Shown piece by piece: positions 11,734 to 23,414 of a stretch of DNA of 64,000 nucleotides. Location: positions 1,614,001 to 1,678,000 of the forward strand of contig NC_045698.1 of the NCBI RefSeq assembly GCF_009834535.1. The letters run 5' to 3'. This DNA comes from Camelus ferus. Its lineage: Eukaryota. A model generated the notes under the pieces. That model made no database searches. It was given only the letters and a program-made list of their open reading frames with translations, and was not told the DNA's origin. Position 1 is the first letter of the stretch; every line of letters begins with the position of its first letter. Position numbers and translations under genes: made by a program.

Positions 11734-12944
11734 TCTTACCTCTGAATCGGGGAGCATCGTTCTCTGCACGTGTTCGTACACCTGAGAGGGAGGCGGCAGG
11801 CAGCTCGCGGCACACAGCAGCAGGTGTGAACCCCCATGGGGCTCATAGTCTCTCTGCAGACCCCTCAGAGGAATCAGCTGCTACATCCCTGGGCCAAGCC
11901 GAGCTCTGGGAATTGCACAAACACACTGAAAGAGCCGGACGCAGCCCGGGCTTTAGAATGGACCTTCCAGAAGGTTCTTGCAAGTTTCCCGGGCACAGAG
12001 CACCCGCTTCTTGCTTCTAATAGCAGTTGTCTCATTTCATATCCCCCCGTTTTGGGGACAGATGCTCCCCTAGATTGAGAATACGCTTAAGCAGTTGTTC
12101 AGTTGTCTCGTCCCAGGAAAAGGCCCTTTCCCCTGCATGCTCCATCCTGACTGCTCGCTCCTGGTTACTGGATGGAAAAACAATTACAGTAAAAATAACG
12201 AGCGCTGCAAGGTGCAAACTAAGCAGCCAGCTCATCCCACGGCTTTAAGGTCTCTGCTGTATTTTTCTTTAGAAAAATGTCTGTTTTTCTGATTTTATTC
12301 TTCCCCTAAACTGAGAAGATGACGAATGAAAACTTCCAGAAGCCTCTTGCCGTGGGAATTTAGAAAAAGTGAAAATCACCTCAAGCCTTTAGTCATAAAT
12401 ATTCACTGGGAACATTCTGGTGAATTTTTTCTCGTATGATTTTAGCGAGGATTCCAGTGGATGGTCATGAGAGAGACGTAATCTGATTTGGCTTAAAGCA
12501 GTGGAAGGACTTATAAAAGGGTTCCTGTAAGTCCTTCTGCATTTGGAATAGGGGGCGAGCTCTGGCGACGTGGAGCCAGGGCTGCCAGGCAGGCAGGGCT
12601 CCTGCCCCTGTGGCCTTGGCTGCTTCCTAGGATCACCTCACTCTCCTTTCCTGCAGCTCATCTTTCTTAACTTCCAGGGCACTTGGGAGAAAACGGCTGC
12701 CACCCTCAGCCCCGAAGTTCATAGCTTACGCTTTCAGGAGAACAGCCAGGCAGAGCCAGAACCCCTGACTCCATTTCCAATTCCCAGTGAAGGTTCTTCA
12801 TGGTCCAGCCGGGGTCATAGGGCATCTTGGAACCTGCTATCTGTGCCAGGACTCAGGGATGCTCGGACCCCACAGGTGGCTCCCAGGGTACCCAGGTGGA
12901 TGGAGGTGGGTGGAGGGTCAGTCCCCAGAGGAGGCAGGTGTAAT

Positions 12945-13026
12945 GCACACACACACGTCTGTGTGTCTGCGTGTGTGTCTCTGTGCGTGTCTGCGTGTGT
13001 GTGTCTGTGTCTGTGTGTGTGTGCAC
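12945..13026. repeat. (CA)n followed by an interrupted (TG)n microsatellite
   Basis: gcacacacacacgtctgtgtgtctgcgtgtgtg...gtgtgtgtgtgcac. Confidence 0.85.
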
Positions 13027-15282
13027 ATGAACTTGGGGCTGGGGAGAAATTTTAAAAAAAGAAAAGAGTAGAGGTAATTTGTTCTGCAATGCAGGATTTG
13101 TTTATAATTATGTAAATAAATTATTGTCAATGCCTGTGACGTTGTAAGACAGAACTTACGTCTCCGTATGTCCCTCAAACAGTGGTCTGTTGCTTTGAAT
13201 AATCCAGATTTAATCACAATTAGTGCATGGATTATTTCCATGTTCTCAACAACGTGAGTAAATTTCTGGGATTGGCACATTCACTTTCAAATCCACGGAT
13301 TGTAGAGTTTTCCTTGACGGTGGGTGGAAGGAGCTGCCTGCCTTCCAGAGCTGGGTTGCGCTTTCTTCAAACCGGTGTTTTGAAGTGGGTATGGCTCTTT
13401 ACAAACAGGAAGAACAGTACACAGTTAAGAAAACAAATTGCTGGACGGTGGGTGGGCCCCTGTGCTTTCCCACGGGCTGTGGGCAGGGTTCTGGGCGACC
13501 CTGGGGAGGCAGCTCACCCCCCATCTCACTGCCCAACAGTCCCCGGGCACAGGGCCCGGGCGCAGGCAGCCAGGACGTGCCTGGACCCGTCTGGCTCCAA
13601 CACAGCTAGCTGGCTGACAGTGCCTTTGGAGCAGAGGTTGTGAAATCCTTTCTTCACAAACGGGCTCACTTCCACCAGGCGAGAAGACAAGATCAGGTTC
13701 CGAGTCTGCCCTGCAGCTTGTTGGGAGCTGTTGCTGTGCATCGCCCTCCCCGCCGTTGTCTGGGAGGTTTTCAGACTCTGGAAAGGCCCCTCCACCGTCG
13801 CTGTCTGCGGAGGTCCGGTGTCGTGCGGCCGATCGTTTACTTGAGTCGCACTCAGACATGCCGTGAAGTCAGGGTGCTGTTTACAGAAGAAGTCCTGGGC
13901 GCACGGGTGAGCCCTCGGGCCCAGCCTGGGCGGTGCTCTCTCTCCCGCCCCTTCCCTCACCTGTGCGTCTTAGCACATCGCACAGCGCTGTGCATGCCTT
14001 ATACGCTTTAATTAAATCTGGGGAAGAGTTGACTGATGGAAAGGAAAAAAGAGTGAGTGAAAACCGTAGGAGGTTTGGAATTGGCACTGAGAACAAACTG
14101 AAGCCTAGTTAATAAACAGGAAGACCCTGAAGCCGTTCTCGGTGTGGAACCCTGCGTCCGGGGGTCCCCAGAGACGGGTGGAGATGCCAAGCGGTGCTAG
14201 GCATCAATCTGGAAGGGGCAGGGCTGGCCGCGAAACGCCCCACCCGGTGGGGGAGCAGAGGGTACACCCTACATCCTCAACAGAAACTGCATTTCAAAGA
14301 CAGAGGGAGAGGAAACTTTTAAAAGTTGAAAGCATTTGAATGTTTCTGAGTGATAAAACCCCTAAGAAACTGCTTAATAAAAGGCTTAGGTTGGCCTCCC
14401 GTGGGCGGGAGCTCGCGGAAGGACAATGTGAGTGTTGCTCGTGGCAAGTCAGGGGACCTGGTCAAGCCGCACTGGAGAATGAAACGACACCCCCGCTCGT
14501 CCGCGCGCACAGGCACCCCCGGGCTGGCGGCCAGCGCGGCCTCCACGCTGCCGAAGGGACCGGCGCCTCCCCAGTCACCGCCTCTTTAGGATCCTTGCGT
14601 GTTTTCCTCCAGTTTTCACTGAAGGGAGTAAACCGTGTTCCTGCTTCCACCGTCCCCTCCAAACAAGTGCCCCATCAACGTTTTCCTGACAGTGACACCT
14701 TAGAAATCTGGCTGAGCAGGGCTCCATGCCCCCCACCCCAACCCCGCGGGCGCCCAGCGGAGCGGCGGGCAGGCGCTCCTCATGCTGAGTGACTGCAGGT
14801 CAAACGCCAGCTAGGCGCGCAGGCGTGTGGAGCCTCCTCACAGACGGACCATTAATACTTCATTCGATAACCAAAAGGAGGGGCCCCTTGGCGGAGACCC
14901 TGTTCTCTCCACACACAAGCTCATAACCGCTCCTGGGAAACAGCAAAGCAGGTGACCCACGCCAAGGCTGCAGCGGGGACCGTCACACGGACCTGGAGCA
15001 GCCAGGGAGCCCTCGTGTCATCCTGGTTGGCCCTCCTCTCAGGCTGCTGCTGGAGCACAGCTGTGCGTGGACGCAGATCACCCCATTGTAACAGGTGCCT
15101 CCGGGCTTCCCCACGCAGGACACATGTTCCAAGTGTCAGAATGTAAACGTAGTTCTGAGCCTCACACGCAGTCACCCTGTAATTCTCATCCTGGTGGTGT
15201 TCGCTCCAACTTGCTGGGTATCTCAAAGCATGAAACACATATGAGCTCATTCGTCCTTTTAGGATTTCCGTTTAGTTTAACA

Positions 15283-15370
15283 TGAGTCACTGAAAAAAAT
15301 GATCTAATGCAATGCAATATTATGCTGAGTCATTTGAATTATTAGATTTCAAGAAGAACCCCATTCCATT
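15283..15370. promoter_or_regulatory. AP-1 and NRF2-sMaf (ARE) motif cluster
   Basis: TGAGTCA at 15283-15289; TGCTGAGTCAT at 15323-15333 with an AT-rich 5' flank; TEAD-type CATTCC at 15362. Confidence 0.35.
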
Positions 15371-15524
15371 CTGCCATGGGGAGATTTTCAGTAGATTATA
15401 CAAGACTTGCAAACAGGATGCGAAAGGCGCCAATGGGCTCACAGAGTGCCGTGTGGAGGCGCCGTGGCCCGTTGGCAAAATATTTAAACTCAGGTTCTTT
15501 GGGATGTCGCTGGGGTTTAGATCT

Positions 15525-15820
15525 GCCTTAGTTCTCTGTTGCTGAGTAGCCAGTTCTCACACATTTACCAGTTACAGCAGTGCGGGTTTATCAGCGGGTA
15601 GTTTCTGCCGATGGGGAGTCCGGACACCACGTGGGTTTCAATCAAGGTGTCCGCGGGCTCCATTCTAGCCAGAGCCCGGGGTCCCTGTCCAGGCTCCCTG
15701 CTTGTGAGCAGAGTTCACGTCCCCAGAAGTGGTGTAGTTCCCCTCCTTCCTCCAGAGCGGTGGGCTTACCCTCTAAGAACGCATGTGGAAGAACCCGATC
15801 ACTCTACGAACGCTGCTACC
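15525..15820 (-). mobile_element. MaLR LTR (MLT1E/F-like), probably resuming at about 16185-16318 after the MLT1C insertion
   Basis: ttagttctctgttgctgagtagccag...caatcaaggtgtccgcgggctccattct...gcagagttcacgtcc resembles antisense MLT1E/F. Confidence 0.55.
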
Positions 15821-16184
15821 TGTAGTGGGTTGGGTAGTTCCCACCCAAAATCTAGGTTCACTGGAACCTCAGGTGTGGCCTTACTTGGAAACAAGACTAC
15901 TGCAGATGAGGACCCTTGTAATAACGGGGAGAGGGACCAGAGACAAGCAGGGAGAAGGCTGCGGATGATGCTTCAGTGCGGCTTCAAGCCAGGGATCACC
16001 CAGGTCGCCAGGAGCCACCAGAAGCCGAGAGGGGCCAGGAAGAGATTCACCTCAGAGCCTCCGAAGGAGTCTGCCCTGAGGATGCCTTGATCTCAGACTC
16101 CGGCCTCCAGACCTGGGAGAGAATACGTTTCTGTTGTTCGGAGCCATGCAAGCACTTTGTTAGGGAAGCTCCAGGGACTTAGCA
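15821..16184 (+). mobile_element. MaLR solo LTR (MLT1C-like)
   Basis: Starts TGTAGTGGGTTG and ends ttagCA; contains ggagccaccagaagc...ccttgatctcagactccggcctccagacctgggagagaatacgtttctgttgtt. Confidence 0.85.
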
Positions 16185-17559
16185 GGACAGAATGGGGCGT
16201 TGACCTCTCCATTCCATGGGGCTGGGTCACTCACGTCACACAGCAAGGTCCTCTCCAGGGGCACTGCCGGACTAGAGCGGGTCCTGGAAGGTGCAGGTCT
16301 GACTTCCTGTCCTCATGCTTCTGGAAGGGCGTGCCCCCTCCGTGCAAAACCGGAATGAGGTACAGCTGGGAGCTCTCTGGAAGGTTCTCAGGTGGTATAA
16401 GTGTGACCAGGTTTGAATAAACACAATGGAGAATTAGAAGACAAGATGCATCTGAGACGACCTTCTGGGGGGAGCCGGGAAACCAAGACAAGGAGAGCAA
16501 ATCGCTCACCACAGAAGAGGAGCTGGGCAGGGACAAGCTGAGGACCAGCACCTCCGTGGTGCCCCAGCCAAGACACCATCATTTGGAAGCCACCTGTGTC
16601 AATAAGGCTTGTTTCCCAGAGTCACTTTCTTGGTGGCTCCTTCTAGTGCTGTTAAATAGATTTCTTTTGTAGAAATGCATCCTCAGTTCCTCTGCGGGGA
16701 CTGAAGGAAGGGATCAGTGCACACTTGAATCTTAAAAGGCAAAACCCTGCCTCCCTTCCTCCACTCCCAAAATCCCCAAAGGAAGGAGATGTTTTACCTG
16801 CGTTGGAGGAGAGTGGACTCAGGGTGACAGCCAAGGCCAGTCCCCACCCCCAAATCTCCCCTCCCTATGGACCATCCTATGGTCTCGGTTCCATGACCAT
16901 CGGAGCTGTTGGCTTCTGGAGGAGCAAGGACAGTGAGCGCTGATGGAGCATTTAGTGCACTGGAGGACCCCACACGCTGCCCCTCCTCTCTCACGGCAGC
17001 CCAGGACACGGGCGTCTTCCCCTCTCTGCATGAGAAGGCCAGGCTCCTTGCCCAGCACCACACAGTGGGCCAAGCTGGATGCAGCCCTGTTCCCTAGTCT
17101 GCCCCTCTGGCTGCTGCTCTGAGTGACCCCTGATTCCTACACTGGGGACTTTACCTATAAAAACTATGCTCACTCCAACCACCAATGCGGAAGGAAGCCA
17201 GACTTTGTGCAGAGACTGGGAAGGAGCAGAGAGGTCACTTCTCTGCAGCTCAGGCAGGGCGCCATGCTCCTCATCACACACTGACTCCTAGGAGCGTCCC
17301 CTCAAGGAAAGGAGGGTGAGGTTTTGGCCCTTGGAATGCTGGCCCTCTTTGACTGTCCAGGGATTTTAGTGTGGGCCACAGCTGCCACCAGAGACTCCTC
17401 CAAACAAGGACTTGCTTATGGGACAGCAAGTTATTTCCAAGCAAGTGCAGGGAAGGGAAAGAGTCTAGAGTAAAAAGAACCCAGAATTGTCCATGACACT
17501 ACAGTTCATGGTTGCATGCCCACTGCCCAGAAACAGGGTGTTCACGAAAGCAGTTCAGC

Positions 17560-17644
17560 GACACTAAGCAGACATGACCTCTCCCAGGACCCCTAAGGAC
17601 ATATGGCATGGAAGGGAAAACTGCATATCTGGGGTTATCCCCAA
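17560..17644 (+). mobile_element. Possible 5' part of the MLT1E/F-like LTR that continues at 18733
   Basis: gacccctaaggacatatggcatggaagggaaaactgcatat loosely matches MLT1 atggcaaaagggactttgcagat. Confidence 0.35.
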
Positions 17645-18732
17645 ATCATCATCCCTGTCATCCATTCATCCATCATCCTTCCACCTATCATCTATCCATC
17701 ATCCATCCATCCATCCATCATCCACCTGCCATCCATCCATCATCTATGCATCCATCTATCCATCATTCATCCACCCATCCACCATCCATCTATCATCCAT
17801 CCATCCAACCATCATCCATCCATCCATTCACTTATCATCCGTCCACAATCCATCCATCATTCATCCATTATCCATCCACTATCCATCCGTCATCCATTCA
17901 TCCATCGTCCATCCATCATCTATCCATCCATCCATCCATCATCCAACAACCATCCATCCATCTATCCACCACCCATCCATCATCCATCAACCATCCATCC
18001 ATCATCCATCCATCCACCATCCATCCATCATCTATCCATCCATATTCATCCATCATCCATCCATCATCTGTCCATCCATCATCATCCAACAACCATCCAT
18101 CCATCCACCATCCATCCATCCATCTATCCATCATTCACCCACCCATCACCCATCCACCATCCATCCATCCATCTATCCATCATTCACCCACCCATCATCC
18201 ATCCACCATCCATCCATCATCCATCCATCCATCCACCATCCATCCGTCATCTATCCATCCATATTTATCCATCATCCATCCATCATCTATCCATCCACCC
18301 ATCATCTGACAACCATCCATCCATCTATCCATCACCCATCCATCATCCATCCACCATCCATCCATCCATCCATCCATCCATCATCCATCCATCCATCCAC
18401 CATCCATCCACCATCCATCCGTCATCTATCCATCCATATTTATCCATCATCCATCCATCATCTATCCATCCACCCATCATCCATCCACCATCCATCCATC
18501 ATCTATGCATCCATCTATCCATAATTCATCCACCCATCATCCATCCACCATCCATCTATCATCCATCCATCCAACCATCATCCATCCATCCATTCACTTA
18601 TCATCCATCCACAATCCATCTATCATCCACCCATTATCCATCCACTATCCATCCTTCATCCATCATCCATTCATCCATTGTCCATCCATCATCTATCCAT
18701 CCATCCATCCATCATCTGTCATCTATCCAACC
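17645..18732. repeat. About 1.09 kb complex (CCAT)n/(ATGG)n tract with higher-order duplications
   Basis: Continuous CCAT/CAT/CTAT units, almost no G on the + strand; blocks 17736-17944 and 18495-18716 are near-identical. Confidence 0.97.
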
Positions 18733-18967
18733 AAATGGGTCCTCAGCCCTAAACCACAGGGAACTGAATTCTGCCAACAATCAGAATGATGCTAGAAGCC
18801 AACCTTCCCTGGAGCCTCCAGATGAAGACCCAGCCAGTGGCACCTTGACCTCAGTCTAGTGGAGCAGCCTGTAACAAGACCCAGCGGACCACAAGGTGAT
18901 GAATGCAAGCTGTGGGAGGCAATAAACATGAGGTGATTTGTTACAGCAGCAATACAAAAGTAACACA
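18733..18967 (+). mobile_element. MaLR LTR 3' half (MLT1E/F-like)
   Basis: ggaactgaattctgccaacaa...gagcctccagatga...gatttgttacagcagcaatacaaaagtaacaCA, a typical MLT1E/F 3' end. Confidence 0.85.
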
Positions 18968-19239
18968 ACTTCCATCTTTTTAAAGCCAAAGAATTACATT
19001 GAGAAGATGTTTTTCTCCATCTTTTAGAAATTTGTTATGCATAACTCATTCTCAAGCTCTTCCCTAAATCGACTTTCTCTACTTGCTTCCTCAGGAAAAC
19101 CATCTCCAATCTCTCTGCTTAATTCCCAGTGCTCCAATGGTGTTCTCGACCTGTTTCTTCATTCCACAAACAACTGAGGGAATGGGCACCTCTGCAGGTG
19201 GCTCTCTGAGGGGAAGATTAGCCCATGAGAAAGAGATGA

Positions 19240-20130
19240 ACACAGGAACAAAGTGCTCATTGAAGAGCAGCAGGTGTGTGGCTGAGCGTCCCACATGGTG
19301 TATGTGTGCTGTTTGCACATGAGGACAGAATGAGGAGACAGGCAAGGGGAGGAGGCTGTCATGGGGGTTGGGGGGCAACATAGACAATCACCTGCAGTGT
19401 CAAACAGCGGGGGTCCCAGGAGGCTGGTCCCTGTGTAATCAGGACAGGTCACCACGGCCAGGACACAGGCAGATTGAGCCATGAGGGTGTCCAGTGCAAT
19501 GCAGGACACATGATTTTTGAATGGTGAGGAGGCATGGAAGGTCTTCAGGTGGAGGACATGATACCAGAGTGGGATTTGGGGTGGGGGGGTCCTTCTGGAT
19601 GAGTGAGGAGGAGGGGTAGGGGGCCAGCTAGGTGAGGCAGGACAAAGAATGCACAGGGCAGTCAGATCAGAGGGGACGGGGAAGGGTCTGGAAGACCCTG
19701 GTGTGGGGCTGGGCAGTGGAGGGACCGAGGGTGTAGACTGCCCCACAGACAGAGAAGGCAGCCATGGGGCCCCCTAAGAGATGATGCTCAGCCCAGGGGC
19801 TGCAGGAAGGATGGACCCCTGGCGGAGACCACCTGAGTGCTGGGGGACACTGAGGTATACACAGAGCAGGGGCCCAGGAGACTGAGAAGAGTCGGGGCAG
19901 GGGAGAGAGGCAGAGCAGGGAGGGGGCACCCAGGAAACAAGATGGGCTTCTGGACAGCGAGACTGATGGGGGAACAGAGAAAGTTAACATCGGCAATGGG
20001 GTTCTAACCGTTCTCTGTCGGCTTTGGCGACTGGGAAGTCAGAGTGACCTTTGTCAAATAGTCAGCTGGTTTGCAGGGGTGGGACTTTGGCATGAAGTGG
20101 ACGCATAGGAATAAGGAACAGCTCACGGAG
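19240..20130 (-). mobile_element. LINE-2 fragment
   Basis: Antisense L2-like segments (gaaggtcttcaggtggaggacatgata; tttggcgactgggaagtcagagtgacctttg). Confidence 0.55.
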
Positions 20131-22510
20131 GAGAGGGCCGTGTGGGCACAAGCAGCCACATCGAGTGTGAGTGCGTCCGGACGCGTGGGCATGAGTGCCG
20201 AGCGTGTAGACGCGGCGCGTGTGAGTTTACTTTGCACCCAGAGGGACACACGTCAGTGGCATGGCACGTGTGTCTGCTGAAAGAGAGGGGCCAGAGGAGG
20301 AAAGGGCCCAGAGCGCTGGGGGCTGAGGAACAGCGAGCCCCCCACGGCCCCGGGGCAGGCTCAGGCCTGGAAGCAGAGCGAGGCGCCAGGACCATCTCAG
20401 GAACAGTTAAAAATCTGAGCCCTTTTCAGTGGGAGGCCCCGCAGCAGAGCCCAGTGCCTGGGAGGAGGGAGCAGAGGCTCTGGCTGGACCCTTGAGCGGG
20501 GCGGAGGGCTGGTGGGGCTGCGGGCCGGGGGCCTGAGAGGCCTGTGCGTGGAGCTGGGGTCTCATTCTGAGACGCCCGGAGAGGCCTCTGCGGGTTTGAA
20601 GGGAGTGGGTCAAAGGTCACTCAGAGGATGGTGGAGAACCAGTGGGGGGACAAGAGTGGACTTGGGGAGGACCCTCCGGGGGTGGCTACAAGTGTCTAGG
20701 TAAGAGGCGGGGCTGGCCTGGACCCAGAGGGCAGCCACGAGGAGAGAAGCTGGTCGGTTGAGCTGCACTTTGAGCTGAGCTCCGTGGGACTGGCAGTTGG
20801 ACAGCTGGTTGGATGGCTGTGGGAGGGAGGGAAGCAGGGGGAAGGACACGGTGAGCCTGGGGTCTGGGCACCTGGGGAGGATGGTGTGCTGGCCATGAGC
20901 TCAGGGCGGCCGCCCGTGCTTGGAGGAGGAAGGGCTGGGATGTGGACGTTGAGGATTTCCCTCCTGAAACCTCATGTTCCCAAGGATGCTTTTTCAGGGT
21001 GGGACTGAGAGCCCTGAACCTTAAAATTTGATGCTGTCTCTTCCATGACCCCTGGAGGGGTGGCTTAGGCGAGCTGTCACCAGGGGCTTAGACCTGCCCC
21101 TGCGAGCTTCAGCGCCCCTACCCAGCGCACACACAAACTGGCCGACCCCTCGCGGGGAGAGTCCTCCGGCCTGGAGGAGAGTCTCCCTGCCCCGCCCTGG
21201 GCCGGCGCCGCCTCGCTGCCAGCCTGGAGAGCAGGACGCTGCCCGCACATGCTTCAGGTTTTGTCTTTGGGCAGATGCCCTGGACCTGGGACCCAGAAAG
21301 CAATTTATTTATGGACTCAGATCAGCACAGAGATAAGCTGCAATGGAAGATGAGATGTGTTTTCTGAGAATGTCTTGTTAACACAGAAACCAGGGCAGTT
21401 GGTTCTAGGAAGAGGTGTCAGGGAGACAGCCTGGGGCGCCGCACCTGCACGGCCCTCCTCGTCGGGCAGGGCCGAGCCCACCCACCTGCCTGGTTACCTC
21501 CACACGTCAGCTGTACCTGGGTTGAGTCCCTGCCGCCTGCAGAGCCCGGCCCTCAGCTCCAGCCATCACTTAGCTCTGAAAACGTGTATTGAATTGGCAG
21601 AGCCAAGGCAGGCCCTCCAGGTAGCCAGCGGCAGATGAACGCGGGCCTCCTGGCCTCCTCTCAGAGCCCCCACCTCCAGCCTACAGCTCGGGAAGGCTGC
21701 TGTCTCAGACCCAGGTGTGTTTGAAGTGTTCCCTGGCAAGCAGGCGCCCCGCAGAAGCCCCAAGAATTGTCTTCTCAGCATTCAGTGGTGAGGCTTTTAG
21801 GCAGTGAGAACATGGACCTTGCCTGTCAGCTTGGTGCTGCAGAGCTCGGCCTTCGTAGTGGGGAGCAAGCTGGTTCCACCCTTGGGTGTTACGGTTCATG
21901 CTTTAACATAAACCCTAGAACCTGAGAAAGCCGTCTGAAGAATAATTTCCTTTTCCAAAACTTAAACAGAAGCCATACAAATACCGTGTACAAATAAGGC
22001 AGAAAACGACCTTGCACGATCTCTGGGGGGCAGGGAGGGTGAGACGGGCTGCACTCAAGACTGTCAGGGTCCGGATTGTCGCTGCTCGGTGGGGCGCTGC
22101 GGACTCCGCCCCCAGGGGAGCGCCTGTGAGGGCGCAGAGCCTCGGCCCTCAAGCGCTCCTGTAACTGCGCGAACACATAACCCTCCGCAGATTAGCAGGG
22201 CCCGCCTCGGGCGCTCCTGGCTCCCCGGGAGGGGCTGGACCCACATCCAGCCCCTCTTCCATTCCTCCCTGATGGTGTCGTTTCTGACTCACGCAGCAGC
22301 ACAGTTGCAGCAAACGCGCACCCCTGCCAGCAGCAGGTGATGTCTCGTAGGAGTGACGATGAGGTTCAGAAATGATTGGTGTGCGGACAGGTGTGCACCT
22401 TGGACTCGGTCACCAATTGAAATGAGTTTAATTCATGGGGAGAGAGAACATGGCATCGGCTCAGGGTGTCAAGTCCTGTTGTTCAAGATGGACTTGCCCC
22501 AGAGAAAGCC

Positions 22511-22613
22511 CGTGTGTATTTGTGCGTGTGCGTGTGTGATGTTTGTGTGCCGTGCTCGCCTGGGGTGCGGTGTGTGTGTGGTGCCTGTGTGTGTGCACAC
22601 GGGTGTGTGGTGT
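22511..22613. repeat. Degenerate (TG)n tract
   Basis: cgtgtgtatttgtgcgtgtgcgtgtgtgatg...gtgtgtggtg. Confidence 0.7.
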
Positions 22614-22794
22614 CTGCTGAAGGAAAGAAAGCACATGTTTCGTCCGTAAGAGCCACTCCCTGTGCAGGTTCTGAGGAGCTGGCGGGCCCGGGGGAGCTGA
22701 GACGTGAACGCTGTTGACTGGAGTCTTAAGTAAGAGAGGGCGTCAGAAGGAGGTCAGTGTCTTCCTTTCCTGGGACAGAGTTTCTTTCTGCATT

Positions 22795-23414
22795 TGTTAC
22801 TGAAACAAACTTGGGTCCACTGGCCAGTGCACAATAATGCAGTCTACTGCCCCCAGCTGGTGGTGAAGGAAAGGGCAGCGTTTATTGCAGGCGCCCAGCA
22901 AGGAGTCCAGGCAGCTGGTGCTCAAAAGAGCCAAACTCCTCAAGGCTCTCAGGGGAGGGTTTTAAAGACACAGTGGGGGAGGGGGCGTGGTCAGCTCATG
23001 GACGCTGTTCTGAGTGGTCGGTGGGGAGGTCACCGGGCGTCGGCATCATCCACCTTCTGGTTCCAGCTGATCTGGGTCCACGGGCAGGGGGCAGCACGCA
23101 GTCAGCCTCTTCTCCCGGGTGGGGGCCTCGGTGTCTGCAGAACAGCTCAAAGGACGAGGCTCAGAGCATTGCCCACAGCCCTTGAGGAGGAGCTGAGAGT
23201 CCTTGACTTTGTTTAGCGGCTGAACTATGACTAGTTTGTCTTGCTTGACTATTTTCCTGTGTGTCTGCATTTTCTCACTTCGCTGATTAAATTTGCTCTT
23301 TGGATCTTGGGGAAGCCTGGGAGGCTGAAGCTTTTCTGCAGACAAGAGGCAAGAGGAGGACCTGGAGGGGAGTGTCTGTCCTGGGAAGGCCCTGAGGGGT
23401 CCTGCTCGGCTACA
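22795..23414 (-). mobile_element. ERV1 solo LTR, MER41-like (cetartiodactyl type)
   Basis: TG...CA termini; 4-bp target duplication catt (22791-22794) / cact (23415-23418); minus-strand AATAAA near 22881-22886; internal sequence resembles the recalled MER41_BT-like consensus. Confidence 0.85.

Noticed and set aside
17574..18859. Long His/Pro/Ser/Ile-rich ORFs (316, 418 and 233 aa) in all three + frames
   Set aside because: (CCAT)n has almost no G and rarely TAA, so stop codons are nearly absent. The ORFs are open in every frame and run into LTR sequence.
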